DNA from: a bacterium
GTDB taxonomy: Bacteria; Babelota; Babeliae; Babelales; UBA12409
Direction of reading: 5' to 3'
DNA length: 64,000 nt
Assembly (NCBI GenBank): GCA_018660415.1
Contig: JABJKG010000013.1
Span: forward strand, 129,874-193,873
Position numbers and translations under genes: made by a program
In this document: one piece after another, positions 46,405 through 56,448 of the stretch
How the letters are laid out: each line of letters opens with the position of its first letter
Numbering within the stretch: the stretch's first letter is position 1
Notes under the pieces: generated by a model
Database searches by the model: none
The model's input: only the letters and a program-made list of their open reading frames with translations
Told to the model about the DNA's origin: nothing

Positions 46405-48387
46405 ATGAAAAATTTTAAGTTACATGTTCCATTTCCGCCAGCCGGTAGTCAGCCGGAGGCTATTAAGCAGCTTGTTAAAGACAGGCCTGGACGGTCGACG
46501 CTGCTTGGCGTAACTGGATCGGGTAAGACGTATACTATGGCCAACGTGATTGCTCAGGTGAATAAGCCCACCTTGATTTTATCGCCCAATAAGACATTGG
46601 CTGCACAATTGTACGAAGAGTTTTCATTGTTTTTTCCTGAAAATAAGATTTCTTATTTTGTCAGTTATTATGATCACTATCAACCGGAGTCATACCTTCC
46701 AGCGCAGGATATTTATATTCCTAAAGAGACTAAGATCAATGCAGAGATTGAGCGGTTGCGTGTTGAAGCTACTGCTTCATTGGTGAATCGTTCTGATACG
46801 ATCGTGATTGCCTCCGTGTCATGTATTTATTCTTTGGGGAGTCCTACCGATTATCGTGACTTGGCTTTTCAGCTCAATGTTGGGCAACAGATAACGCGTA
46901 CTCAATTATTACAACAGCTTATTTTCATTCAGTATCAACGTAATGATGTAGAAAAAGCGTCTGGAACCATTCAAGTATTTGGTAATACGGTTGAAGTTAA
47001 CTTGCCGTATCAAAAAGAGAAGCTTCGCATTGAACTGTTTGGTGATAAATTAGATTCGTTGGAATGGGTGGATAAGCATAATAATAAAGTTTTGCGCCAA
47101 TTGGACAATGCCCTTATCTTTCCGGCCAAGCATTTTGTTACAACACAAGAAAAGAAAGATGCAGCGATCAAAAGTATTACGACCGAGCTGGATTGGTGGC
47201 TACCTCAAATTAAAAATCCAGTCTATAAAGATCGCTTACAACGACGTGTTAACCATGACTTGGAGATGATCCAACAGGTTGGATATTGTTCTGGTATTGA
47301 AAATTACTCGAGTCACTTTGAAGGTAGAAAAACAGGACAAGCGCCCTCTTGTTTGTTTGATTTCTTTCCTGATGACTTTTTATTAATGGTTGATGAATCT
47401 CATATCGCCCTTCCGCAATTGCGTGGGATGTACGCTGGCGATCGTTCAAGAAAAAAATCATTAATTGATTTTGGGTTTAGATTACCATCCGCTTATGATA
47501 ATCGTCCACTCCAGTTTGAAGAGATAGAAAAGTATTTTAAAGATGCTGTATTTGTTTCGGCAACACCTGGGGACTATGAATTATCACAATCGTCTAGTGT
47601 TGTTCAACAGGTTATTCGCCCTACCGGTCTTTTAGATCCTGAGGTAGAAATACACCCAAGAAAAAATCAATTAAATCATCTTATAGAGCGGATTCGTGAA
47701 GTTAAGAGCAATAACTATCGTACATTGGTCACCGTTATGACTAAAAAGTCTGCTGAGGACTTGGCTGAGTATATCGAGGATCAAGGAATTAAGGTTTGTT
47801 ACCTTCATTGTGATATTAAAACCCCTCAACGGACTGAACTTCTACAAAAACTACGGCTTGGCGTCTTTGACTGTCTTGTCGGTGTGAACTTGTTACGAGA
47901 GGGGCTGGATCTTCCTGAGGTGGCGTTAATGGCGATCATGGATGCTGATATAGAAAGCTTCTTGCGTGATAAACGTTCATTGATTCAGATTATTGGTCGA
48001 GCGGCTCGGAACGCAAGTTCCAAGGTGATCATGTTTGCGGATAAGGTTACTAAGTCCATGAAGGGTGCAATCGATGAGACTAATCGTCGACGCAAGATGC
48101 AGCAGGAATTTAACGAGAAGCATGGTATCGTCCCGAAAACGGTAACGCGTGAAGTTAAGGAAAGCATTTCTTCAATGCAAAAGGCAATCGCCTCAGCATC
48201 AAAATCCAAAAAGAAAAAAAAGGACAAGAAGGTCCTTAATCAACAAGAACTTCTTACTCAAATTGTCAGCCTTGAAACCAAGATGCAAAAAGCAGCTCAA
48301 GATCTCGAGTTCGAGACCGCTATCGCATTGCGAGCAGAGTGGCAAGAACTGACAAATCAGTTTGAGAAATTGATCAACAAAAAATAA
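46405..48387 (+). CDS. uvrB: Excinuclease ABC subunit B
   Basis: Motifs GVTGSGKT, VDESH and a C-terminal UVR motif LEFETAIALRAEWQEL. Confidence 0.97.
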   Translation: MKNFKLHVPFPPAGSQPEAIKQLVKDRPGRSTLLGVTGSGKTYTMANVIAQVNKPTLILSPNKTLAAQLYEEFSLFFPENKISYFVSYYDHYQPESYLPAQDIYIPKETKINAEIERLRVEATASLVNRSDTIVIASVSCIYSLGSPTDYRDLAFQLNVGQQITRTQLLQQLIFIQYQRNDVEKASGTIQVFGNTVEVNLPYQKEKLRIELFGDKLDSLEWVDKHNNKVLRQLDNALIFPAKHFVTTQEKKDAAIKSITTELDWWLPQIKNPVYKDRLQRRVNHDLEMIQQVGYCSGIENYSSHFEGRKTGQAPSCLFDFFPDDFLLMVDESHIALPQLRGMYAGDRSRKKSLIDFGFRLPSAYDNRPLQFEEIEKYFKDAVFVSATPGDYELSQSSSVVQQVIRPTGLLDPEVEIHPRKNQLNHLIERIREVKSNNYRTLVTVMTKKSAEDLAEYIEDQGIKVCYLHCDIKTPQRTELLQKLRLGVFDCLVGVNLLREGLDLPEVALMAIMDADIESFLRDKRSLIQIIGRAARNASSKVIMFADKVTKSMKGAIDETNRRRKMQQEFNEKHGIVPKTVTREVKESISSMQKAIASASKSKKKKKDKKVLNQQELLTQIVSLETKMQKAAQDLEFETAIALRAEWQELTNQFEKLINKK

Positions 48388-48544
48388 TTTTATATAGTAT
48401 CTTTATACAGACAGAAACAACCGTGTTTTCAATTGGAAATATTAATATAGGGTGTTCACTTGTGAGTTGTCCTTTTTAGGAAATTCAACATGGTTTTTTG
48501 TTTGTTTAAAAGGATTTTAATTTAAAATTATAGGAAGCCGCATT

Positions 48545-50641
48545 GTGAATAAATATACATTTAGTGGTGGATTGTTATTCGTTTTGCTTGTTTTTGTTGG
48601 GACAGGTTTATTTATGAGAAAAGAAATTCAGGCGGGGGAATGCGTGATACAGGGTATTGATGATATTGAGCGGTTATTTTCTTATGATCCTCAGGAAATT
48701 AAGAAGCGGTTTGCGATGGTGGAGGAGTATATAACTGAGCAGGTTGATGATATCTTGGTAATTCCAGCAGGGGACCGTTCATTTGATAATACTATGCGGC
48801 CATTGGATAGCATTGTTCGGTTTGTAACAGCTAATATTGTACCGTTGTTTGATCAATCTTACGTAAATCCATCATCAGAGATTCGTAATTTGGTTCAACA
48901 AGAATGGGTAGCTCTGGAAAAGTTTATTCAGGACAAGGTAGAAAAGAACGTTGATTTATTTAAAGCGTGTCAGGCTTATGTTGCACAGAACTATAAAAAA
49001 CAACAGAAAGATTTAAGCCCCGAGTCTCAGCGATTTGTAGATGAAATCATGCTTAAGTTTAAGCGCAGTGGTTTAGATTTGCCAGCTGACAAGCTTAACG
49101 AGCTCAAGGATGTTACCAATAAGATCAGTGCTTTAACGATTGAATTTGATAAAAACATTGCAGAAAGTAACAAGAAAATCCATGTTGATCGCGCAGGACT
49201 TGATGGATTGTCTAATGATTTTATTGAAGGCTTGGAAAAGGACGCTGATGGTAAGTATATATTAGGTACTGACTATCCTACTTATCATGCCATTATGAAG
49301 CAGTGTATAGTAGAAGATACTCGAAAAAGAATGTATCAACTTTATAACACTCGTGCATATCCAGTTAATATTGAGGTGTTAAACAAGATTATTGCACTGC
49401 GTGATGAGCTTGCAAAAATTTTAGGATATAAAAGCTTTGCTGAGTATGAGCTTGAAGATCAAATGATTAAAACACCCAAGCGGGCGTATGATTTTATTGA
49501 AGCTTTAATGAAACGTGCGAAAGGTAAGCAGCTGGAAGAGTTTGAGATTCTCACAAAAGAGTTGCCACAGTCTGTTTCATTGTCAGCTGATGGAAAAATG
49601 AAGCCATGGGATGTTGCTTATTTAAAAGAAGAGTATAAAAAGAAACATTTTAGTATAGATGATGAAAAGGTTGCAGAGTACTTTCCGGTCGATCATACGT
49701 TACAAGAAATATTTACCGTATACCAAACACTTCTCGGTCTTAAGTTCGAGCCAGTAACAATCAAAGGGTTATGGGATCCTGAAGTCAAATCAATCAAGGT
49801 TGTTAACAAAGAGGATGATCGGGTTTTAGGGTATTTATTATTAGACCTTTATCCGCGTCCAGGTAAGTATACTCATGCATGCCAAGATACACTGGTGTTT
49901 GCAGAAAAATTGTCTGATGGTTCTTACTGTCCCGCTTTATCAATAGTGATTGCGAATTTTCCAAAACCACAAAATGGTCGTCCCGGTCTTTTGAAGTTTG
50001 ATGATGTTAAAACTTTCTTTCATGAGTTTGGGCATGCAATGCATGCATTGTTGGGTAGAACTGAATTAGCAACATTTTCAGGAACCAGTGTGAAGAGAGA
50101 CTTTGTTGAAACGCCATCACAAATGTTTGAACAGTGGCTTGATGATAAAGAAGTTTTACAGACTATTGGGCGACATTATATAACAGGAGAAGCGCTACCG
50201 GAAAATATTATTAAGAAACTTTCTGAGTTACTCAAATTTGATTCAGGTAGTTTTGTTGAAGGACAGGGTGTTTACTCTTTGTTAGCGTTAGATGTTTTTG
50301 GGCCCGGTGCTCATAAGGATACTCATGCAATAGCCGAAAAGTTATATAAAAATGCGTTACCCAATACTCAATGGGATCCTGATAATCATTTTGAAGCAGC
50401 ATTTGGACATTTGACTGGTTATGGTGCTCAGTATTATGGGTATCTTTGGTCTCGAGTTTTTGCTCTAGATCTTTTTGAGCAGATAGAAAAAGAAGGGTTA
50501 TTATCGCCTAAGGCTGGCCAACGTTTTATCAAAGAGGTATTAGGAAGAGGTGGGTCTGCTGATCCTGATGTGTTGTTGAAAAACTATCTAGGACGAGAGC
50601 CAAATCAAGAAGCATTCTTTAAAGCCTATGGTATTAAATAA
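48545..50641 (+). CDS. M3-family (thimet oligopeptidase/Dcp-like) zinc metallopeptidase with N-terminal hydrophobic anchor
   Basis: Motif HEFGHAMH followed by a downstream E in FVETPSQ. GTG start. N-terminal GGLLFVLLVFVGTGLF. Confidence 0.85.
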   Translation: MNKYTFSGGLLFVLLVFVGTGLFMRKEIQAGECVIQGIDDIERLFSYDPQEIKKRFAMVEEYITEQVDDILVIPAGDRSFDNTMRPLDSIVRFVTANIVPLFDQSYVNPSSEIRNLVQQEWVALEKFIQDKVEKNVDLFKACQAYVAQNYKKQQKDLSPESQRFVDEIMLKFKRSGLDLPADKLNELKDVTNKISALTIEFDKNIAESNKKIHVDRAGLDGLSNDFIEGLEKDADGKYILGTDYPTYHAIMKQCIVEDTRKRMYQLYNTRAYPVNIEVLNKIIALRDELAKILGYKSFAEYELEDQMIKTPKRAYDFIEALMKRAKGKQLEEFEILTKELPQSVSLSADGKMKPWDVAYLKEEYKKKHFSIDDEKVAEYFPVDHTLQEIFTVYQTLLGLKFEPVTIKGLWDPEVKSIKVVNKEDDRVLGYLLLDLYPRPGKYTHACQDTLVFAEKLSDGSYCPALSIVIANFPKPQNGRPGLLKFDDVKTFFHEFGHAMHALLGRTELATFSGTSVKRDFVETPSQMFEQWLDDKEVLQTIGRHYITGEALPENIIKKLSELLKFDSGSFVEGQGVYSLLALDVFGPGAHKDTHAIAEKLYKNALPNTQWDPDNHFEAAFGHLTGYGAQYYGYLWSRVFALDLFEQIEKEGLLSPKAGQRFIKEVLGRGGSADPDVLLKNYLGREPNQEAFFKAYGIK

Positions 50642-50776
50642 TTTATTAATTCAAAATTAATCTTTTGGATTATTCTGCTAGGCTGTGTATACTAAGTTCC
50701 TAAATATATAGATTGATTTTTTTCTATATATATTTTGTATGTAAAAGTGCAAAAATTTTTAATAAAAAGGATGAAA

Positions 50777-51499
50777 ATGAAGAAGTATATTGTGCTAGTT
50801 TTATTAGCAACAGTCTTAACAGGGTTGGGTAGAATTGTTCGTCGGAGTCCGGATGCACATTACCGGTTGCATCATCCAACTATAGAGAATTTAACATCAG
50901 TTTTTATGGATGCTGTTAACGCCAAAAATCATACTAAGCACAGAAAATTTATTACCTCGATGATGCATGATGAGAAAGCACTTGAGTCAGAGATGGCACA
51001 AGAGTTTGCCGATGCGTTATTGCGGTTAGTTGCTTTGCATGAAGAGCGTGCTCTTGCCCAACAAGAACCGGTAACTCAAATCAAAGAAACTCAAGTTATT
51101 GAATATGTAGAATCTGAAATTGAAGGTGCTGAAAAGGCTAAATTGATTCAGCATATCAATATCGCTAAAAATGCTCTCCGTTCCAAATCGTTTACTCCTG
51201 AAGATCTTATCTTTGCTTTAGCTGCAGTTGGATATCTTACGGGCTTGCTTGAGTCTCCACAGACCAAACAGTTGGTTGATATGGATATCAATGAGTTGGC
51301 AGCAGTCGAACAAAAGATTGTGGCACAAATTGAAAGCTCTACCGACTTGCTGGATGAACTCAAGTATATCAAGGAGGATGACGCTCAGCCGGTATATAAA
51401 TCTAAAAAGAAAGATAGTGTCAGCTATCAAGATCAAACGATTATAACTAGGGAGGGTGATCGAATCTGTACAAAAAAAATTAAACGATCGCACAATTAA
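50777..51499 (+). CDS. Hypothetical membrane-anchored/secreted protein
   Basis: MKKYIVLVLLATVLTGLG, then a helical charged region. No family recognised. Confidence 0.5.
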   Translation: MKKYIVLVLLATVLTGLGRIVRRSPDAHYRLHHPTIENLTSVFMDAVNAKNHTKHRKFITSMMHDEKALESEMAQEFADALLRLVALHEERALAQQEPVTQIKETQVIEYVESEIEGAEKAKLIQHINIAKNALRSKSFTPEDLIFALAAVGYLTGLLESPQTKQLVDMDINELAAVEQKIVAQIESSTDLLDELKYIKEDDAQPVYKSKKKDSVSYQDQTIITREGDRICTKKIKRSHN

Positions 51500-51610
51500 T
51501 AAGCCCTATAAAGTTAATTCTTGGAAAGACAAAAGAATTGATTTTATGTATAGTTCTGTGCTAGGACTATGATTGGTGTAGTAATCTTTTTACCTTATAA
51601 GGAAGTAAGT

Positions 51611-53191
51611 ATGAAAAAAATATTAAAGTTAAGTCTTGCGTTATTACTTGTGCTCGGAGCACAAGCGGATTATAACTATACAGGAAAGTCATTCTTTTCT
51701 ACCATTAATCCATCTCAATTAAGTTTCCCTGAACGTGTAGCAAGTTTCAGAACGGATAGACAGTACGCAAAAGAGTGTGGTTGGGGCGCGGCGTTCCAAG
51801 CTGTTGGATTCTGGCAAAGCTCTGGTAGTAGCGATCGCCTAGGTGAGTACTTCATGCCATTTAACAAGTGTGCATTGGTTGCGGGTGAATATGGTTCTAA
51901 CTCTGTTAAAACACATAGTAATGATCTTCTTGCTAACTACTTTGGTGTTTTCACCGATACAGTTAATACTACTGTGGGTGTTCCAAGTCCTAATACATTA
52001 ACCTTCCAAAGTACTATTTCCATGAAACCACAACATAAAGTATATGGTGTTGGGCTTACATGGCAGCAACGACTATTCAAGTGCTTATGGGCTGATGTTT
52101 CTACATCAATCGTTCAAGTTCAAAATAAGATGAACTTCTGTGAAAAAGTACAGAATTCTGGTGGCGGTAACGTTCCAGAAGGTTCATATGCAAACATGAC
52201 TGCAGCTTTTGCAAGTAACCGACTTAACTATGGCCGTATTACCAAGTGTAATATGAAAAAGAGCGGTGTTGCAGATGTAGAGTTCCGTCTTGGGTATGAA
52301 AAAGACCTTTGTGATTGCTGTGGCGTTGGTGGCATCTATGTTGGTGGTTTAATTCCAACAGGTAACAAGCCTGGTGATACCAAACTGAGTACTGCTACAA
52401 CAACTAGTTCTACTACAAAACCTTGTGATTATGGTCGTTATATGTTCCAACCAATCGTTGGTAATAACCATCACTGGGGAGTTCTTTTTGGATCTTATGG
52501 TCGCCTTGAAATAATTAACAGCAACAGTGGTTGCCCTCTAACGCTGATGACTGACTGTACTGCTAAGTATCTTGCTAGTAACAAGCAAAAACGTTCATTT
52601 GATTTAAAAGGTAAGCCTTGGAGTCGTTACATTCATACATGGAACAACTCAGCAGCTGTTGCAACTGACTTGACTCTAGCTAACCTTGTACCATTAATTA
52701 ACTACACAACTCTTAATTCAAATGTTCGACCAGGCTGGTCTCTTGATTGGAACAATGCATTGCATTACCAATACAAATGCTTCGCGTTTGAAGTTGGCTG
52801 TAATGTGTATGCGCGTGAAGGTGAAAGCATCTCATGCTGCCAAAAAATCCAAGGTGGTATTGGACTTGCTGATCTTTATGAGTGGGCTGATGAAGATACT
52901 GTAGTAACTGCAGGATTAGAAACCATTACTCGTGATAACTGGGGTAACGCTACCGATGTTGATATTGATGGTAATGATGTTTATCTTACTGTTGCTCAAG
53001 CTGATATTGATTATATGTCAGCAGCAGCGCCTCCTGTATTTAACGGTACTATTTATGGTGCTGTTACTTATGATTGGAACAACTGTAAAGTTCCTGCTTT
53101 CATTAGCGGTGGTGGTTCTTATACTTTCACTAGTGATAATGCAGCACTCAATAACTGGGTTGCTTGGGTTAAAATTGGTATAGCCTTTTAA
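51611..53191 (+). CDS. Putative Cys-rich outer-membrane beta-barrel (porin/MOMP-like)
   Basis: Signal MKKILKLSLALLLVLGAQA, alternating aromatic/polar strands, and a C-terminal ...WVKIGIAF ending in Phe. About 16 Cys, including CDCCG and SCCQ. Confidence 0.55.
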   Translation: MKKILKLSLALLLVLGAQADYNYTGKSFFSTINPSQLSFPERVASFRTDRQYAKECGWGAAFQAVGFWQSSGSSDRLGEYFMPFNKCALVAGEYGSNSVKTHSNDLLANYFGVFTDTVNTTVGVPSPNTLTFQSTISMKPQHKVYGVGLTWQQRLFKCLWADVSTSIVQVQNKMNFCEKVQNSGGGNVPEGSYANMTAAFASNRLNYGRITKCNMKKSGVADVEFRLGYEKDLCDCCGVGGIYVGGLIPTGNKPGDTKLSTATTTSSTTKPCDYGRYMFQPIVGNNHHWGVLFGSYGRLEIINSNSGCPLTLMTDCTAKYLASNKQKRSFDLKGKPWSRYIHTWNNSAAVATDLTLANLVPLINYTTLNSNVRPGWSLDWNNALHYQYKCFAFEVGCNVYAREGESISCCQKIQGGIGLADLYEWADEDTVVTAGLETITRDNWGNATDVDIDGNDVYLTVAQADIDYMSAAAPPVFNGTIYGAVTYDWNNCKVPAFISGGGSYTFTSDNAALNNWVAWVKIGIAF

Positions 53192-53215
53192 TAGTTAAGA
53201 GCTAAGTAAAAAGAG

Positions 53216-53260
53216 TATATAACAATGGGGGCCCTTAGCTGTGGTCCCCACTGTTATATA
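53216..53260 (+). terminator. Long hairpin downstream of the OMP gene
   Basis: 15-bp arms tatataacaatgggg / ccccactgttatata (one G-U pair) around a 15-nt loop. No clear U-tract follows. Confidence 0.45.
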
Positions 53261-53435
53261 GAGATGAATTGCTTTGTAGCTACTTGAAATGTCATTGTTT
53301 TACACCGATTGTTTATTAAGTGTGAAGCGTTATGTTACCTTTGTTGTATAGGGTACTATTGATTTATCAATAAAAAGTTTTATGACAATACAGTGTAGCT
53401 ATATTGAAATATGAATTTTTTAAAGAGGACGTATA

Positions 53436-54302
53436 ATGAAAAGACAAATGAAATTAATGTTAGTGTTGCTAACAGCAGGGATGTCACAAGCTGCGTTAGG
53501 TGAAGAAGTAAAATATGATTTAACCACTGTTAGCGGTTTGTCTCGGGCGTTTGATGCTGCTTATGCAAAAAATATGCATTCACCTGCTGCACGACATACA
53601 TTTAGAGTAAGCATGGGTGGTAACTCTAAAAACCCTGGAACTACTTTTAACAAAGCTATAAAAGCTGTTTTTGCAAAACAGAAAGGTGGGTCGGCAGCGG
53701 CTGCAGTAGCAGACAAAAGGGCAGCTTTAGCAGCTGCTAAGAAAACATCTGATGCAACGATAGCTCAGCTTAAAGCGTTAGTTAAGGACGGTCAGCCTGA
53801 CATAAAATCTATAGGTTTAAGTGGTTTAGTTGATCGGTATGGTAACAAGAACCGACCAAAAGATATCAACGCATATATAAATGGTATTCATACAGCAGGT
53901 GTAATAGATGGTCTTAGAAGATCTGAAGTAGGTAAAAAGGCTACTCAAGGAATAAGTGACCGACAATATGAGGACTTATTTCATGATCTCTATGAAAAAG
54001 AAATAGAGCAGAGGTTCAATGCTTATGAAGGATTAAAAACAGAAGTTTCTGACCATGAAGAAGCTGTAGAGGCTCTGCAAGCGCAGATTAAAGATTTAGA
54101 AGCTCAGAATAAAGCTACTTTAGGACATCTTACAGAGTTGAGAAAGGTTATGAGTGAGCAGGCTGGAATCATTTCTGCCAATGTTAATGCAAAAGGTGGA
54201 AAAACAAAGTGGGAAGCTGCTCTTAAGGTTCTAGAAAACCCTACTGCTGCTATGCCTGCGCAAGCAGAGGCAGGTAAGAATGAAATGGACGACGTTGACT
54301 AG
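53436..54302 (+). CDS. Hypothetical secreted Ala/Lys-rich coiled-coil protein
   Basis: Signal MKLMLVLLTAGMSQAALG and a heptad-like C-terminal half. Confidence 0.6.
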   Translation: MKRQMKLMLVLLTAGMSQAALGEEVKYDLTTVSGLSRAFDAAYAKNMHSPAARHTFRVSMGGNSKNPGTTFNKAIKAVFAKQKGGSAAAAVADKRAALAAAKKTSDATIAQLKALVKDGQPDIKSIGLSGLVDRYGNKNRPKDINAYINGIHTAGVIDGLRRSEVGKKATQGISDRQYEDLFHDLYEKEIEQRFNAYEGLKTEVSDHEEAVEALQAQIKDLEAQNKATLGHLTELRKVMSEQAGIISANVNAKGGKTKWEAALKVLENPTAAMPAQAEAGKNEMDDVD

Positions 54303-54336
54303 GTTAATTTAACGTCTAGTTTTATAAGTACGATGT

Positions 54337-54366
54337 AAGGAGGCCCAAAAGGGCCTCCTTTTTTGT
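54337..54366 (+). terminator. Rho-independent terminator
   Basis: Stem aaggaggccc, loop aaaa, stem gggcctcctt, followed by ttttgtt. Confidence 0.85.
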
Positions 54367-54445
54367 TGGTATTGGTCTGAGGTTTTATCATTACTACTTG
54401 ATTGACCTTTATATGTCCCTCAACTCTTGATTTCTATGTGTAAGA

Positions 54446-54465
54446 TTTATTACTATTATAAATAA
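54446..54465 (+). promoter_or_regulatory. Conserved upstream element TTTATTACTATTA..TAAATAA (copy 1)
   Basis: It ends exactly 31 nt before the ATG at 54497. A second copy lies at 57903-57925 with the same 31-nt spacing to the ATG at 57957. Confidence 0.45.
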
Positions 54466-54496
54466 AAACACAAGGTGTCGTAAAATAGGGATCAAG

Positions 54497-56440
54497 ATGA
54501 AAAAGTTAGTTATAGCATTAGTGCTGGTGGGAGTATGGATACAGGGAGCTTGTGGGGGTAGCTTTGAACCATTGAGACAAGAGTATCTTCGTATCATGGC
54601 AGAAGAGCCTAAAGCGATGATGAGTGTAAATATTCCACAATTAGATGGTTTACAAGCTGATATTGTTAGCTTGATAGGAGACGTAAGCATAAGCTCGGAG
54701 AAAGATCAAAAAATCCTATCCAGTCTTCAAATAAACCTCAAAACATTATCTAATCTATTGCGTAACCTTAAAAGACGCAAAGAAGAGATTGAAGGGTATG
54801 CCAAGCAGCAGCTTGTGGTTGCTAGGCAGGGTAAGCATGATGCAGAGATGCAATTAGCGGCCTTGCAAAGCAACTATGATCGAGCATTGGTGCAGATTGC
54901 GGGAGATCGCGAGGATGTCGCCGGAGCAGTTCTTGAACAATATAAGGGGGCTAGTCCTCAACAAAAAGCCAAGTTAGAAGAAAAGGTAGCAGAAGCTAAT
55001 AAGATGGTGGTCGATGGAGCGGAGCTGGTTTTACATCAAGCACGTGAGGGTGATAAGAAGGAAGAAGATATTTTCAAGGCGGCAAGTCAGATTGGACAAG
55101 CCCAGCAGATGAATGAAGCCCTGATTCAGGGTAAGAGTGATGATATTGAAGAACTTCAAAGAGAAGTAGCTCATGTAGAAGAGCAGCGCGATCAAGCAGC
55201 AGAAGAAGCAGAGGGCTTTAGCGAACAGCTTGATGAGGCACAAATTAAAGTAGAGCGATTGAAAAAAGAAGTAGCTGCCATCGAAAAGAGAGCTCTCCTA
55301 GCAAAAACCGAAGAAGAACGGGCTCGTTTAGCAGAACAAGCAGAACGAGAGAAAGAAGCTCTTAAAAAAGCCGAAGCAGTAGCTGCTGATTATCGAGAAA
55401 AAATTCAACATCGACAAGGATTAATAGATGAGCTTGAGCAAGAAAAGAAAAGAATCGAAGCTAATATCGAAGGCTTACGTAGCGATGTTGAAAATCTCAA
55501 AAATCGAAACGAGGAGCTCCAGCGGCTTCTTGAAGAGCTTTCTTTAGAGTCGAGTAAAATTGCGACTATTAGAAGCACAGTGGCTAATCTTTATAAGCAA
55601 GAAGTAGCCTTAGCGGGAATTGATGCGACTTATGTACGATTAAAAGCATTAGAAGGTATTGAGGATATTCCTGAGGATGTTAGAGAAGAAGCACACGCTA
55701 TGATTACCAGGTCGCGATTAGATCAAGGAGAAAAAGATCGACTCTTACATGAGTTGGCAGAGCCTCTTAGTGAAAAGCAGCGAGAAGAGCTTGCAGAACT
55801 TACTAAAGCAAGACGAGCAGTAACATTACATCAAATTAGAAACGCTCATACTACTATCAAGTCATTATTAGAAGATAAAGAGCGTGCAATTCAAGAACAA
55901 GTAGCGCCTACGCAGTCTACATGGCAGCGTTGGTGGTCTGGTGGTTATGATAAGGCCAATATAAAAGATGAAGCCTTGAGAGGTGATGTTTCTCTCTTAG
56001 AGCGCGAGGTAGAGCTTGGAAAAGCATTAAGGCAGGTTGACTATAATGCTACAGAGGCTATGCAAAAGTTCCCACACCTCTTTGATAAGAACCAGGTTAT
56101 GGGCATGCGTCCTGAAGCTGGAGGTTTTGCTCTGGAAGGACGCCAACACCTTCAGATTGAAGCTCCTGCTGGAGAGGAAGTGGTCGTTGAACAAGTAGCG
56201 CCAGGTCGCATGGCACAGTTGGCGTTGTGGGGATCTCGAGTGAAAGGTTGGGGAGCAGCAGCCGGTCGTTTTGCCAAGGATGTCTTTACACCAGGTGCTC
56301 CAGAAACGGACATTCTCAAGATCGTAGCTAATGCCAAACAAGAAGTACTTGATCGAGAGCATCGTGAGCAAGAGCAAGATCGTCAGGATCAAGACGAAAG
56401 AGAGGCTGAGTGGGAAAGAATGCGCCAAGAGCAAAGATAG
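54497..56440 (+). CDS. Secreted coiled-coil protein, family member 1
   Basis: Signal MKKLVIALVLVGVWIQGACG. About 300 aa of the C-terminal half are clearly paralogous to 56449-57804 (LYKQE.ALA.ID...RLKALE, VAPTQSTW..WWSG.YDK, GRMAQLALWGSR.K.WG.AAGRFA). Confidence 0.75.
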   Translation: MKKLVIALVLVGVWIQGACGGSFEPLRQEYLRIMAEEPKAMMSVNIPQLDGLQADIVSLIGDVSISSEKDQKILSSLQINLKTLSNLLRNLKRRKEEIEGYAKQQLVVARQGKHDAEMQLAALQSNYDRALVQIAGDREDVAGAVLEQYKGASPQQKAKLEEKVAEANKMVVDGAELVLHQAREGDKKEEDIFKAASQIGQAQQMNEALIQGKSDDIEELQREVAHVEEQRDQAAEEAEGFSEQLDEAQIKVERLKKEVAAIEKRALLAKTEEERARLAEQAEREKEALKKAEAVAADYREKIQHRQGLIDELEQEKKRIEANIEGLRSDVENLKNRNEELQRLLEELSLESSKIATIRSTVANLYKQEVALAGIDATYVRLKALEGIEDIPEDVREEAHAMITRSRLDQGEKDRLLHELAEPLSEKQREELAELTKARRAVTLHQIRNAHTTIKSLLEDKERAIQEQVAPTQSTWQRWWSGGYDKANIKDEALRGDVSLLEREVELGKALRQVDYNATEAMQKFPHLFDKNQVMGMRPEAGGFALEGRQHLQIEAPAGEEVVVEQVAPGRMAQLALWGSRVKGWGAAAGRFAKDVFTPGAPETDILKIVANAKQEVLDREHREQEQDRQDQDEREAEWERMRQEQR

Positions 56441-56448
56441 GAGTGACG

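Noticed and set aside
52722-53183. Two alternate-frame plus-strand ORFs inside the OMP gene
   Set aside because: They overlap the OMP frame, which has a signal peptide and a C-terminal Phe signature. Their translations are hydrophobic low-complexity artefacts.
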